From a virus: a DNA stretch of 64,000 nt. Where the stretch lies: IMG/VR virus record IMGVR_UViG_3300042898_002514. One strand, given 5' to 3'. The translations under genes and the position numbers were made by a program. Every line of letters begins with the position of its first letter. Positions within the stretch are counted from its first letter, which is position 1. A model generated the notes under the pieces. It saw only the letters and a list, made by a program, of their open reading frames with translations, was not told the origin of the DNA and did no database searches. Shown here one piece after another: positions 23,450-32,998 of the stretch.

Positions 23450-24859
23450 ATGCCATTACAAATACGCAGAGGGACCACTGCACAACGACTTGCAATCACA
23501 CCATTGACCGGCGAGCTGATTCATGATACTACTACCGGACAATTGTTTGTGGGTAATGGTACAACTGCTGGCGGTGTCACTACTACTGGTATTTCTTTAG
23601 AAGATGCGGCTGATGCCGCAGCATCATTGTTTACTACAGGATCGCATTCCGGAATCACATTTGCTTATAATGACGCAGCTGGTCGAATAGATGCTACTGT
23701 TACTGTGGCAGCTACTGGTCCGTTTGATGGCGATTTAACAGGTAGTGTATTTGCAGATGATTCTACCTTGCTAGTTGACGGCACCGGAGGGGCTCTGGTT
23801 GGTTCTTTAAGAACTTCAGGTGACGTGTATATTACTAAAAATTCGTATTCTGGTACGTTTGGAAATGGATTAACATATGCGCAACACCACTCAACTGTTG
23901 ATGCAGTAAATTTTAATTTTTTAAGAACTCGGGGAACAGATATTGCACCCACCGCTGTTGCCAACGGCGACGATATTGCTGATTTAAATTTCATAGGTCA
24001 CGACGGTACCAATAGAGTGTCAATTGGTGGTATAACTGCTAGAGTTTCGGGAGCTGTGTCATTGGGAATTGTTCCAGGCGAACTTACGTTTGATACTCGT
24101 AGTACAGCAGGAGTATTGTCGGAAAAAGCAGCATTAACATCAGACGGTATATGGAAAATCAATCAACTTGGTGCGCTTTCGGGTACAACCATAAATGTTG
24201 TTGACAATAATACTATTACATTAGGTGATGTTAGACTGAGTCAAGATGGACTTTCTACTATAAACACTAATGCTACTTTGATATTATCTGCAAACGGAAC
24301 TGGCTCAGTTGACATTGAATCTCTTAGAATTATAGGTAGTACTATATCAACTACAGATTCTAGCAGCATCACAGTTTCTCAAGCATCTACCTTTAGCAGT
24401 AATCTAACTGTTGACGGCACACTAACAGTCGGTGACAGTATTGTACAAAACAACGCTAACAGAGACTATGTCAGTACCACATTACAGACACAGGGAGTTG
24501 CTCGAGTAGTAGAGGGAGTACAAAACGGTACCTATACTCAATTGGTTACAAATACAGCAGAGACATATACAACCATTTCTTATAACTCCACAATCTACAA
24601 AGGTTGTCGGGCAACATTCAAAGTCCATCAGTCTACCAATGTCTATATTAGTGAGGTGTTGTTGGTCAATGACACAACCACAGTCACTATTGTAAATGCT
24701 CAGGCTACAGCGGCAGCGATCAACTTCAGTATCATTGGTTCGATTACTGCAGACTACGACAGTGCATCTGGTACGATTAGACTAAGACCAATTACTAGTA
24801 CATCGATTACATCTGGTCTTAATTTATTTTGGACTGTAAGTTACCAATTGTTCACATAA
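23450..24859 (+). CDS. tail fibre/receptor-binding protein (Mtd-N-like N-terminus)
   Basis: LQIRRGT....PLTGELIHDTTTGQLFVGNG; Gly/Thr-rich. Confidence 0.8.
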   Translation: MPLQIRRGTTAQRLAITPLTGELIHDTTTGQLFVGNGTTAGGVTTTGISLEDAADAAASLFTTGSHSGITFAYNDAAGRIDATVTVAATGPFDGDLTGSVFADDSTLLVDGTGGALVGSLRTSGDVYITKNSYSGTFGNGLTYAQHHSTVDAVNFNFLRTRGTDIAPTAVANGDDIADLNFIGHDGTNRVSIGGITARVSGAVSLGIVPGELTFDTRSTAGVLSEKAALTSDGIWKINQLGALSGTTINVVDNNTITLGDVRLSQDGLSTINTNATLILSANGTGSVDIESLRIIGSTISTTDSSSITVSQASTFSSNLTVDGTLTVGDSIVQNNANRDYVSTTLQTQGVARVVEGVQNGTYTQLVTNTAETYTTISYNSTIYKGCRATFKVHQSTNVYISEVLLVNDTTTVTIVNAQATAAAINFSIIGSITADYDSASGTIRLRPITSTSITSGLNLFWTVSYQLFT

Positions 24860-24873
24860 TTGACAAAAAAGAC

Positions 24874-24901
24874 TTGACTCTAGTATTATTTCCTGTATAC
24901 T
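24874..24901 (+). promoter_or_regulatory. sigma70-like promoter
   Basis: TTGACT-16-TATACT directly before the tRNA-like RNA. Confidence 0.6.
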
Positions 24902-24907
24902 AATATT

Positions 24908-25018
24908 GTGGTCGTGAGTGGAATAGGCAGACCTCCCGCCAGGCCCATAGCTTGGTAAGGGGACGGGGCGTAGTCATAGACGTAGCCCTTGTAGGTTCGA
25001 AACCTACCGACCATACCA
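24908..25018 (+). ncRNA. 111-nt tRNA-like RNA with enlarged anticodon and variable arms
   Basis: gtggtcg/cgaccat acceptor + ACCA, Leu-like D-loop, gtagg-TTCGAAA-cctac T-arm; no canonical anticodon arm. Confidence 0.75.
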
Positions 25019-25061
25019 TATACGATAATAAGTATTAGAACATAACTTTAAGGAAACAATT

Positions 25062-25253
25062 ATGTCAACAACAGTAGAACAATTAAAAGCAGACTTCGAA
25101 GCATTCTTAGCTGAGGACGCAAAATTCACAGCAGGCAACGGTGCCGCAGGTACTCGTGCTCGTAAAGCACTTCAAGAAGTTGCCAAGGGTGTTAAAACTC
25201 GTCGCAACGAAATCACAGAAGAAAAAAACACTCGTAAAGAAGCCAAGGCCTAA
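25062..25253 (+). CDS. histone H1-like (Hc1 family) protein
   Basis: KFTAGNGAAGTRARKALQEV motif. Confidence 0.75.
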   Translation: MSTTVEQLKADFEAFLAEDAKFTAGNGAAGTRARKALQEVAKGVKTRRNEITEEKNTRKEAKA

Positions 25254-25255
25254 TC

Positions 25256-25756
25256 GTGAGCAAACAAGATCTTGACGATCCTGATGTAGGCATTATTGCA
25301 CAGGATATTGGTACATTAGATCTAGGTTACGGCGCCGTTCCTCCCGACTATGGTAACATCAGTTATAGTGGCGGCGTCGATACCATCACAATAGATACTA
25401 GCACTATGAATAGTATGTACAGTTCAAATACTATTACTTTACCGAGCACAACTATTGCTAATAATGGATATACCATTGGAAGTGCCAGCAGTAATAACTA
25501 TTATATCACAGGTACTAGTGGTTATAATACATCATCAAGTGTGAATATCAGCAGTGACGGTATTGATATGGCCGCTGGCACTGATATCAAAGTAGATGGC
25601 AAAAGTCTCAAAGAGTTCATGAACAAGATGGAAGAACGCTTGGCCATACTTGTGCCTGACCCTAAGAAACTAGAACAGTTTGCCGCACTTAAAAAAGCCT
25701 ACGATCATTACAAGCTGATGGAGAAACTCTGTCAGGAACCACCTAAAGAAGATTAA
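25256..25756 (+). CDS. hypothetical protein
   Basis: Ser/Thr-rich N-part; C-term ERLAILVP..LKKAYDHYKL. Confidence 0.7.
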   Translation: MSKQDLDDPDVGIIAQDIGTLDLGYGAVPPDYGNISYSGGVDTITIDTSTMNSMYSSNTITLPSTTIANNGYTIGSASSNNYYITGTSGYNTSSSVNISSDGIDMAAGTDIKVDGKSLKEFMNKMEERLAILVPDPKKLEQFAALKKAYDHYKLMEKLCQEPPKED

Positions 25757-25760
25757 ATAC

Positions 25761-26426
25761 ATGAATGTTAAACTTTTATCCTATAGTCAACCAACAGAGG
25801 AATTTAGAGATCTGGGCCTCACAGATGCGCAGGAACTCATTGCGTATTGCGCCCGTGTCAGCAATCCCTCCAATCAGCTCAACACAGACACATCCGAAAA
25901 ACTCATACGATATCTTGTTAAACACGCCCACTGGAGCCCACTTGAAATGGTCTCCGCCTGCGTTGAAATTACCACAACCAGAGACATTGCCCGACAGATC
26001 CTTAGACACAGAAGTTTTAGTTTCCAAGAATTTTCTCAACGCTATGCTGACCCAACTCGAGATCTCAATTTCGTTACAAGAGAAGCCAGACTACAAGACT
26101 CCAAAAACAGACAGAACTCAGTCGAAGTGGAAGATCAACAGTTACAAAATGAATGGTTTAGAGCTCAACAACGAGTCATCTATGCCGCACAACGAGAATA
26201 CGAGTGGGCTATCAAGAATGGCATAGCCAAGGAACAGGCTCGTGCTGTGTTACCCGAAGGCCTAATTGAAAGCAGATTGTATATGAACGGCACTCTACGT
26301 AGCTGGATTCACTTTATTGAATTGCGTAGTGCAAACGGTACACAAAAAGAGCATCAACTAGTTGCTGTAGCCTGTGCTAAGGCCATTGCTGCCATATTCC
26401 CAATGAGTGAAAGCCTAGTGCAATGA
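25761..26426 (+). CDS. thyX: FAD-dependent thymidylate synthase
   Basis: HWSPLE, RQILRHRSFSFQEFSQRY motif. Confidence 0.95.
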   Translation: MNVKLLSYSQPTEEFRDLGLTDAQELIAYCARVSNPSNQLNTDTSEKLIRYLVKHAHWSPLEMVSACVEITTTRDIARQILRHRSFSFQEFSQRYADPTRDLNFVTREARLQDSKNRQNSVEVEDQQLQNEWFRAQQRVIYAAQREYEWAIKNGIAKEQARAVLPEGLIESRLYMNGTLRSWIHFIELRSANGTQKEHQLVAVACAKAIAAIFPMSESLVQ

Positions 26427-26806
26427 AAGAAAAAATTGATCAGTTTTGCAAAAACTACGAAATACAAATCGTAGATGATCAAAAACGGAGGGCTAGATAC
26501 CACCCTCCCAAATATTTTACAGATCCTATGCGAGCAGATATTATCAATAAGGATTTTGTAGAATTTGAAACTGAAAAAGTCTATACAGTTCAAATACCTG
26601 AAAGCCGCTTTCGAGCTCTAGTAGAAATGGAACAGAGATTTTTTGGCAACCATAAACACGGCTACAGTGATGCTGATATGTTTTCTATGCTTATGGAAAA
26701 AGAACGTGAGGAAAGTTGGTATCGGCAGTCAAACACGGCTGTGCAAAAAGCATACGAACAATACAGTATTATGCTTAATCTGGCAGGATATCAAAGAAAA
26801 ATCTAA
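26423..26806 (+). CDS. hypothetical protein
   Basis: ATGA-coupled 127-aa ORF. Confidence 0.75.
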   Translation: MKEKIDQFCKNYEIQIVDDQKRRARYHPPKYFTDPMRADIINKDFVEFETEKVYTVQIPESRFRALVEMEQRFFGNHKHGYSDADMFSMLMEKEREESWYRQSNTAVQKAYEQYSIMLNLAGYQRKI

Positions 26807-27466
26807 ATGAAAACCGCAATTGTGATACCCGCGAGACTTGCAAGCACTCGCTTTCCAAATAAAATGCTATGTGATGTCGGTGGACAAACTCTTATTCGTA
26901 GAGTCTACGAACAATGCTTATCCACGGGGCTCGATGTATATGTTGCAACGGACAGCAAAGACATTGCCGCTGAAGTATCAAATGCTCTACTGGTATATGA
27001 TTCTGAAAACGGTACAGCTCGTATTGCCAAAGCCATAGATCAAATGCCTCATTATGATGCCATAATCAATGTGCAGGGTGACATGGTAACAGTGCCTGTA
27101 GAAGATGTAAAGAAATTGCCATTGCTGCTCAATATCTACGATGTTGCCACATTAAAACATCCCATGGCAGATGGTCAACGACACGATCCTAACACTGTTA
27201 AAGTGATTTCGTCGGGCACCGAAGCACACTGGTTCTGTCGTGCTCCTTTAAAATACGGTGATTGGCATTACGGTATCTACGCTTACAGAATGGATGCTCT
27301 TAAAAAATACCAAACACTGACTGTCTATCCCGAAGAAAACATTGAAAGTCTGGAACAATTACGTTGGATACAAAATGGTTACACTATTGGTATCATCGAC
27401 GCAGGAATCGCTGCTGAAATCAATACTCCGGAAGATTTAGAATTGTTCAAAAAAGAATCTTATTGA
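26807..27466 (+). CDS. kdsB: CMP-KDO synthetase
   Basis: IPARLASTRFPNK, INVQGD, ESLEQLRW, INTPEDL. Confidence 0.92.
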   Translation: MKTAIVIPARLASTRFPNKMLCDVGGQTLIRRVYEQCLSTGLDVYVATDSKDIAAEVSNALLVYDSENGTARIAKAIDQMPHYDAIINVQGDMVTVPVEDVKKLPLLLNIYDVATLKHPMADGQRHDPNTVKVISSGTEAHWFCRAPLKYGDWHYGIYAYRMDALKKYQTLTVYPEENIESLEQLRWIQNGYTIGIIDAGIAAEINTPEDLELFKKESY

Positions 27467-27491
27467 CAGGTTTCTAGAAAGACTGTATAAT
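27463..27491 (+). promoter_or_regulatory. sigma70 promoter
   Basis: TTGACA-17-TATAAT. Confidence 0.85.
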
Positions 27492-27500
27492 TACTTTATT

Positions 27501-28337
27501 ATGGCACAACACACAAACTATTGGTCTTGCTCACCGTTCGCTGATTGGCTTCGCGGTACTAAAAAACTGGCCGCGGGTACATCCGATGAATGGGATGACT
27601 GGACCACAGCCGCTCAGATGAAGCACAACTTCCGCTATTGGTTAGCAGAAGAAGCACTTGGACACATCCAAGATTTTGTCACTTGGCCTGTAAGGACTCT
27701 TTATGATATCAAGTACTACATTAACAACCGTTGGGTTAGTCGCACTCATAGCCTTACCGCTCATCCCCGGGATATTAAGCCTGGCCAGTGGCAGGACGTG
27801 GGGAACCGCTTTTTGCCTTGCTTATTCAATGAGTTGGTTGATTTTGTTGAGATAGAATCAGCTTGGAGTCATATTGCCTGGGGCGACAAAGAAGCTCGTG
27901 CCAAGTATGATCCTCCCTTCTGGGCCAGTGGTTGGTTCCGTTGGCGTGTGTGGCGTTGCCCACAGGCTGGTCTCGATCACTTAGACTGGGCAATGACACT
28001 GACCAACACTGACTGGTGCCAACCAGACGATCCAGAATACGGCAAGCCCACCGGACAAGCAGAACGTGCCAAAGAAATCAAAGAACTCTACACCTGGTGG
28101 ACTGTGACCTATCGTGCTCGTCCTGATCCATATGATGCCAGTGGCTGGAGTGACTACTGCGAACAGGCTAGAATTCTCAATGGTGGCAAATTGTTTGGTG
28201 GTAAGAGTACTCCTGAACTTAAAAAACTAAGCGATAAATCACACAAGCTACTTCAGAAAATTGAAGCCGCATATGAAAAAGAAGATGAAGTCATGATGAT
28301 CCGATTAATCAAGGCTAGAGATAGTTTATGGACCTAA
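27501..28337 (+). CDS. Trp-rich phage hypothetical protein
   Basis: 278-aa ORF. Confidence 0.8.
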   Translation: MAQHTNYWSCSPFADWLRGTKKLAAGTSDEWDDWTTAAQMKHNFRYWLAEEALGHIQDFVTWPVRTLYDIKYYINNRWVSRTHSLTAHPRDIKPGQWQDVGNRFLPCLFNELVDFVEIESAWSHIAWGDKEARAKYDPPFWASGWFRWRVWRCPQAGLDHLDWAMTLTNTDWCQPDDPEYGKPTGQAERAKEIKELYTWWTVTYRARPDPYDASGWSDYCEQARILNGGKLFGGKSTPELKKLSDKSHKLLQKIEAAYEKEDEVMMIRLIKARDSLWT

Positions 28338-28669
28338 CAGCCGAAGCTCCAGCTAGGAGTATTTTAAAAGTTAATGAGTGGGGTACATCTAAAATGTACA
28401 AGGTTGTCTGCGAATGCGGCAACGATGATTGTACACATACCGTTGATATAGAGGCAGAAGATACCGGCGTAACTGTAACCATTTATACTAAAACAAGAAC
28501 TAACTTTTGGTCAATGAATCGTTGGCAACACATTTGGACATTGTTAATCAACGGCCATGTAGACTTCGAAACTAACATACATTTGTCAGAACAAAGTGCT
28601 CTTAATTATAGTGAAACACTAAAACAAGCTGTATATGATGTTAAAAATTTCAAGAAGCCCCTCCCGTAA
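28328..28669 (+). CDS. hypothetical protein (CECG motif)
   Basis: Overlapping co-directional ORF. Confidence 0.7.
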   Translation: MDLTAEAPARSILKVNEWGTSKMYKVVCECGNDDCTHTVDIEAEDTGVTVTIYTKTRTNFWSMNRWQHIWTLLINGHVDFETNIHLSEQSALNYSETLKQAVYDVKNFKKPLP

Positions 28670-29207
28670 TACTTTTCAAAAAGAAAAGTATATCGAACGC
28701 TGTAAGGAAGAGGGCAAAGAGCCTAGCAAAGCATATATTAGAATGTACGAAGAACATAATTTTGATAAACTGATCAAAGAAGAGGATCCCAATTGGCGTA
28801 AAGACAATATGGAATATGATCTTCGATCCACTGATTGGATACTGGCCAAGGTTCGTGAAAGTAATGTGTATGCTCAGAATCTCTATGCCTCAATGTGCAA
28901 TATGCAGTTTATCAAAATGGATGTTTTACCTATTCTAAAAAATCAACGCTGGTCGTGTTCGTGGAGATATGCTGGTGGTATCGTTGCCGATATGCAGGAG
29001 AAAGGCGATTACATTGATTGGTATTGTAGCGGTATTAGAGATACTAGAACTCTAATTGCAAGCGAGTTTGCTGTGCTCACTGAGCAACAACAACTGGCCT
29101 ATAAAGAAGGTGAAGGCTATGTTAGCGAAGGCATAGTCACTGATGAGATCCGTGAGGATCTATTTCGTCTGGGCTGGGTAGTCCAAGACGATAGAATGGA
29201 CGACTAA
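28635..29207 (+). CDS. conserved phage hypothetical protein
   Basis: YAQNLYASMCN..WSCSWRYAGG..GDYIDWYCSG. Confidence 0.8.
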   Translation: MMLKISRSPSRNTFQKEKYIERCKEEGKEPSKAYIRMYEEHNFDKLIKEEDPNWRKDNMEYDLRSTDWILAKVRESNVYAQNLYASMCNMQFIKMDVLPILKNQRWSCSWRYAGGIVADMQEKGDYIDWYCSGIRDTRTLIASEFAVLTEQQQLAYKEGEGYVSEGIVTDEIREDLFRLGWVVQDDRMDD

Positions 29208-29230
29208 CCAAAAGGAGACAATAGTCCAAA

Positions 29231-29425
29231 ATGAACTGGGAACTTTATGAAGTATGGGCCGAGGACGATGCCGGCCAAGAAGAGTTGATTGAAACAACCA
29301 ACAGCCGTAAGCAGGCTTTTGAAATTGCTCAGACTCAATTAAATTTGGGCTATATTGCCAGCATTGTGTATTTGGAAAACGAAGATGGCGAGTTAGAAAA
29401 GGTCAAAAGATTTGAACACAGTTGA
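29231..29425 (+). CDS. hypothetical protein
   Basis: AGGAG SD, 64 aa. Confidence 0.65.
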   Translation: MNWELYEVWAEDDAGQEELIETTNSRKQAFEIAQTQLNLGYIASIVYLENEDGELEKVKRFEHS

Positions 29426-29450
29426 CAATCTTGATAAATGGTGTTATACT
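29422..29450 (+). promoter_or_regulatory. sigma70 promoter
   Basis: TTGACA-17-TATACT with extended TG. Confidence 0.8.
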
Positions 29451-29480
29451 ATAAGTATTGTTTAACACACTGGAGTGAAA

Positions 29481-30653
29481 ATGGCTACTAACGCAAAACA
29501 TTTGGCAGAAGTTCGTGCAAAGAAGGGTCGTGACTTTAGCCCAAAATGGGAAGGACACGAAACCTGGGATACCAATCAATTCTTACGCCAGTTTCATTCT
29601 GCCATGGCCTGGTATCGTTTAGAAAGTTCTGCCAAGGAACTCAAACCCAAAGTGATAGATTGGATGGGTCGTCAGGGCTGTACCAAAGAAGATATTTCTG
29701 CATTTAAGAAAACCAAAGACAATCGTTGCGGCATGACAATGGGTGCAGTTGCAGCCTGTCTACTCAAAGGTATGCCTAGTGTTCGTGACGAGTTCAATGA
29801 AGGTAGAGACACTGCCGTTTGGTTGCGGGCTCGTATCAACGAAGTTATTGAGCAGGGACGGGACGATGTTGATGACAGCGATAGCGGCATTGAGGTTAAA
29901 AAAGATGTATATGTTCCTAGCATCCAAGAACGGCTTCGTGAAGTGTCTTTGGGAATGACTGAGGAAATTGAAGCAGCCATCGAAGCGTTTCAAACTGATC
30001 CCGAAACATTTGATCCAAAGGCATTTAAAATGCTGAACTTGCTCAAGGCAAAACAGGCCAAGGCAGCTCACGCTCGGATCATTCGTGACTTTTATGCTCG
30101 TGACCTTACAGAGCTACTTGAGCTCGCCAGTGGCAAAGCTGACGAGCAGTTGAAAGAAGGCTACAGTCACCGTAGCAAGAAACAGATTAAATCCTTTATT
30201 GCATTTTTACAAGAAATTGAAAGTGCCTGCAATATGCTAATGCAAGAGGCCAAGGTTAACAAGAAGCCCCGTGCTAAAAAGGTTGTCAGCAAAGACAAGA
30301 TCATTGCCAAACTCAAGTACAAGAAGAGCGACGAGCCTCTCAAACTGGTTAGTATTAATCCAGCAGACATTATTGGTGCTCAGGAATTATGGATTTTTAA
30401 CAGTAAAACACGCAAACTTGGCAAGTATGTGGCTGCTGAGTTCCAGGAACTTGGTATCAAAGGCACCACTATTACAGGCTTCAACGAAATAAAAAGTGTG
30501 CAAAAAACTTTGCGTAAGCCTGCAGAACAAATCAAGGCCTTTAAAGAGGCTGGCAAAGTGGTTCTTCGCAAGTTTCTTGAAGAGATTAATGCAGTAGATA
30601 CCAAGATGAACGGTCGAATCAACGAAGATATTATGCTGTTAAAGATTGCATAA
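29481..30653 (+). CDS. conserved large-phage hypothetical protein
   Basis: 390-aa ORF; C-term KTLRKP...NGRINED. Confidence 0.8.
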   Translation: MATNAKHLAEVRAKKGRDFSPKWEGHETWDTNQFLRQFHSAMAWYRLESSAKELKPKVIDWMGRQGCTKEDISAFKKTKDNRCGMTMGAVAACLLKGMPSVRDEFNEGRDTAVWLRARINEVIEQGRDDVDDSDSGIEVKKDVYVPSIQERLREVSLGMTEEIEAAIEAFQTDPETFDPKAFKMLNLLKAKQAKAAHARIIRDFYARDLTELLELASGKADEQLKEGYSHRSKKQIKSFIAFLQEIESACNMLMQEAKVNKKPRAKKVVSKDKIIAKLKYKKSDEPLKLVSINPADIIGAQELWIFNSKTRKLGKYVAAEFQELGIKGTTITGFNEIKSVQKTLRKPAEQIKAFKEAGKVVLRKFLEEINAVDTKMNGRINEDIMLLKIA

Positions 30654-30683
30654 TATTTCAGTGAGAGTTTGATAAATACTGAT

Positions 30684-31562
30684 ATGAATAATACCAATAT
30701 CGATCAAACTCTTACTGAATTCAACGATGCTTTTAAAGCACTGTTGGAACAGGCACATCGACCTGTTGCTCAGGAAATTACACAATTTGTAGAATTTCGT
30801 GCCAAAGACGGTAGCACAAATAACGGCAAGGGCATCCTTTGGTTCGGTGAAGGTAATGTAAAACAATTTGTGTACAATGAAAAGCCGGATAGATTTTTCT
30901 CATCTGAGCACATTGAACTATTCAAAGATCGCACATTGATCATTGGCGGAGTGCCTATTCTTTCTTCTACGGAACTAGGCACATCTGTAACAAAGAGCAA
31001 TCTACGTGAACTAGGAAGACTTCGAGGATTGATCGTAGACGGATCAATAGTAATCGATCAATACATCTATTACAATAAAGAAAATAATAGACTGGGACTA
31101 GGTACGGACACTCCAAATGCAGGATTATCTGTAGCAGAAGACGGCATTGAGGTTATGCTTGGAACTAAAGATCAAACACGAGGAATGGTAGGAACACATG
31201 CCAGTACTCCTTTTGACATTATCACCGATAATACAACTAGAATAAGCGTATCACCTAATGGAAATATACAACTAGGCAACACTGAACAACCCCCTATTCA
31301 AGTGTCAATTCATGGAAAATTAAGTATTGGAGTCAAGAATCCCGATCCAGCGGTCGATTTACACGTAAACGGATCAGTAAGATTTAACGGACATATGCAG
31401 TCATATGCAAGCACACCCCCGGACTATGGTGCATACACTCGAGGTGACATAGTTTGGAATTCAGAACCAGAAATTAAAAAGTATATAGGTTGGGTCTGTG
31501 CAAAATCCGGTGTGCCAGGAACTTGGTTACCATTCGGAGAAATCAAAGAAAGAGATAGATGA
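30684..31562 (+). CDS. putative virion structural/tail protein
   Basis: RLGLGTDTP, GNIQLG, DLHVNG, GDIVWN..GWVC fibre-like motifs; TAAATA upstream. Confidence 0.65.
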   Translation: MNNTNIDQTLTEFNDAFKALLEQAHRPVAQEITQFVEFRAKDGSTNNGKGILWFGEGNVKQFVYNEKPDRFFSSEHIELFKDRTLIIGGVPILSSTELGTSVTKSNLRELGRLRGLIVDGSIVIDQYIYYNKENNRLGLGTDTPNAGLSVAEDGIEVMLGTKDQTRGMVGTHASTPFDIITDNTTRISVSPNGNIQLGNTEQPPIQVSIHGKLSIGVKNPDPAVDLHVNGSVRFNGHMQSYASTPPDYGAYTRGDIVWNSEPEIKKYIGWVCAKSGVPGTWLPFGEIKERDR

Positions 31563-32194
31563 TACCTAATTCTGTACTGGTAATGGGCAATGGCGAAAGT
31601 CGTGGTTCTATTAATATACAAAATTTATTAGGTAATATATTATTGGTAGGCTGTAACGCCATACATCGAGACGCTGTGGTCAATCACCTTATTTGCTGTG
31701 ATGAACGTATGGTAAGAGAAGCAGTAGAAAATCCAAACACAGCTTCAACATTTATATATGTTCGAGAACACGCATATCAATGGTTTCGCAAGGTGCAAAA
31801 GCACAAAAATATAATTCTATTACCTGATATTCCCAATCAAGAACACAATAGAATTGATCAACCAAGAAATTGGGGTAGTGGAACTTATGCATTACTGGTT
31901 GCTTCTCAGTTGCCAGACATTAAAAAAGTTTATCTATTGGGTTTTGATTTATACGGTAACGATACGTTAGTAAACAATCTTTATAAAAACACAAAAAATT
32001 ATTCTTCCGGAGGATCACACTCAGTTGATCCTAGCTATTGGATTTGGCAAGCAGCCAAAGTATTCAAATTGTTTCCTACTATAGAATATAATATTGTGAA
32101 TCATGACAAATGGCTGATGCCACCAGAATGGAAAAAATCTAATGTTGGGTTTCTTAGCATAGATAATTTTAAGAATCAGTTGCAAAACAGTTAA
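31559..32194 (+). CDS. glycosyltransferase-like (MAF/GT29-like fold) protein
   Basis: GNGESR, GCNA, SG..A, LLGFD motifs. Confidence 0.55.
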   Translation: MIPNSVLVMGNGESRGSINIQNLLGNILLVGCNAIHRDAVVNHLICCDERMVREAVENPNTASTFIYVREHAYQWFRKVQKHKNIILLPDIPNQEHNRIDQPRNWGSGTYALLVASQLPDIKKVYLLGFDLYGNDTLVNNLYKNTKNYSSGGSHSVDPSYWIWQAAKVFKLFPTIEYNIVNHDKWLMPPEWKKSNVGFLSIDNFKNQLQNS

Positions 32195-32295
32195 ATAGAC
32201 TGTATACTAAAACTTAGCGGACTTTCTACGTCATTCATCCCGCTTTATAAACTCTGCATGTCGTCAAACTTGCTACCTTACAAAGGAGACTAGAG
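32180..32295 (+). promoter_or_regulatory. promoter and structured 5' leader of queD (riboswitch candidate)
   Basis: TTGCAA-17-TATACT; agcgg/ccgct stem then TTATAAAC tail. Confidence 0.4.
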
Positions 32296-32802
32296 ATGGC
32301 AAATCTACAACCCGTACTTTATAAGTACACTTCGACAAAAGAATATCACGATGCATTTCCCTGTGCTTACAGGCAATGGAGAAGTGATAGTCACTGTAAT
32401 CTAATTCACGGCTATTCATTTAGCATGAAATTTTACTTTGGCACCAACGACCTAGACGTCCGCAATTGGGCGGCTGACTATGGTGGTTTGAAAGAACTTA
32501 AAAAGACACTGGAAGATCAATTTGATCATACACTAATTGTTGCACAAGACGATCCATGTCTTGCTACATTTAAAATGTTGCAAGAAAAGAATATGGCTAA
32601 GATTGTTATCCTGCCGGCACTAGGCTGTGAAGCACTAAGCGACATGCTTTACAAATACGTGAATGGTGTTTACATTCCAGAAATGTGGGGTCCTGGTGAA
32701 GCAGCTAGGCTTTGGTGTTATCGTGTAGAAGTACGTGAGACACAGAGCAATATGGCTTTCCGTGAAGGTCATCGAGAATGGAATGAGGATCTGTTTGCGT
32801 GA
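32296..32802 (+). CDS. queD: 6-carboxytetrahydropterin synthase (PTPS family)
   Basis: CNLIHGY, DYGGLK, FDH, VRET motifs. Confidence 0.85.
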   Translation: MANLQPVLYKYTSTKEYHDAFPCAYRQWRSDSHCNLIHGYSFSMKFYFGTNDLDVRNWAADYGGLKELKKTLEDQFDHTLIVAQDDPCLATFKMLQEKNMAKIVILPALGCEALSDMLYKYVNGVYIPEMWGPGEAARLWCYRVEVRETQSNMAFREGHREWNEDLFA

Positions 32803-32990
32803 ACTCGCTTGAACGTATATGGGCCCGGGCGACCGGGCACCTAATGGGTCAAACAGATGAGGATAGACCAGATGTGCCCATCCTTTCTCTACGCGAAGCT
32901 CGAATTGCTCTATTCTTTAAAACATTCTGGGTAATTATTCATGTTATAACCTGTCTGTTTATTATTGCCAACACCATTAGACATTGGTAA
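32799..32990 (+). CDS. small membrane hypothetical protein
   Basis: GTGA-coupled; hydrophobic C-term ending RHW. Confidence 0.6.
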   Translation: MNSLERIWARATGHLMGQTDEDRPDVPILSLREARIALFFKTFWVIIHVITCLFIIANTIRHW

Positions 32991-32998
32991 ATAATTAT

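Noticed and set aside
23450-24859. Diversity-generating retroelement target (Mtd-like N-terminus)
   Set aside because: No reverse transcriptase and no template/variable repeat pair seen in the window.
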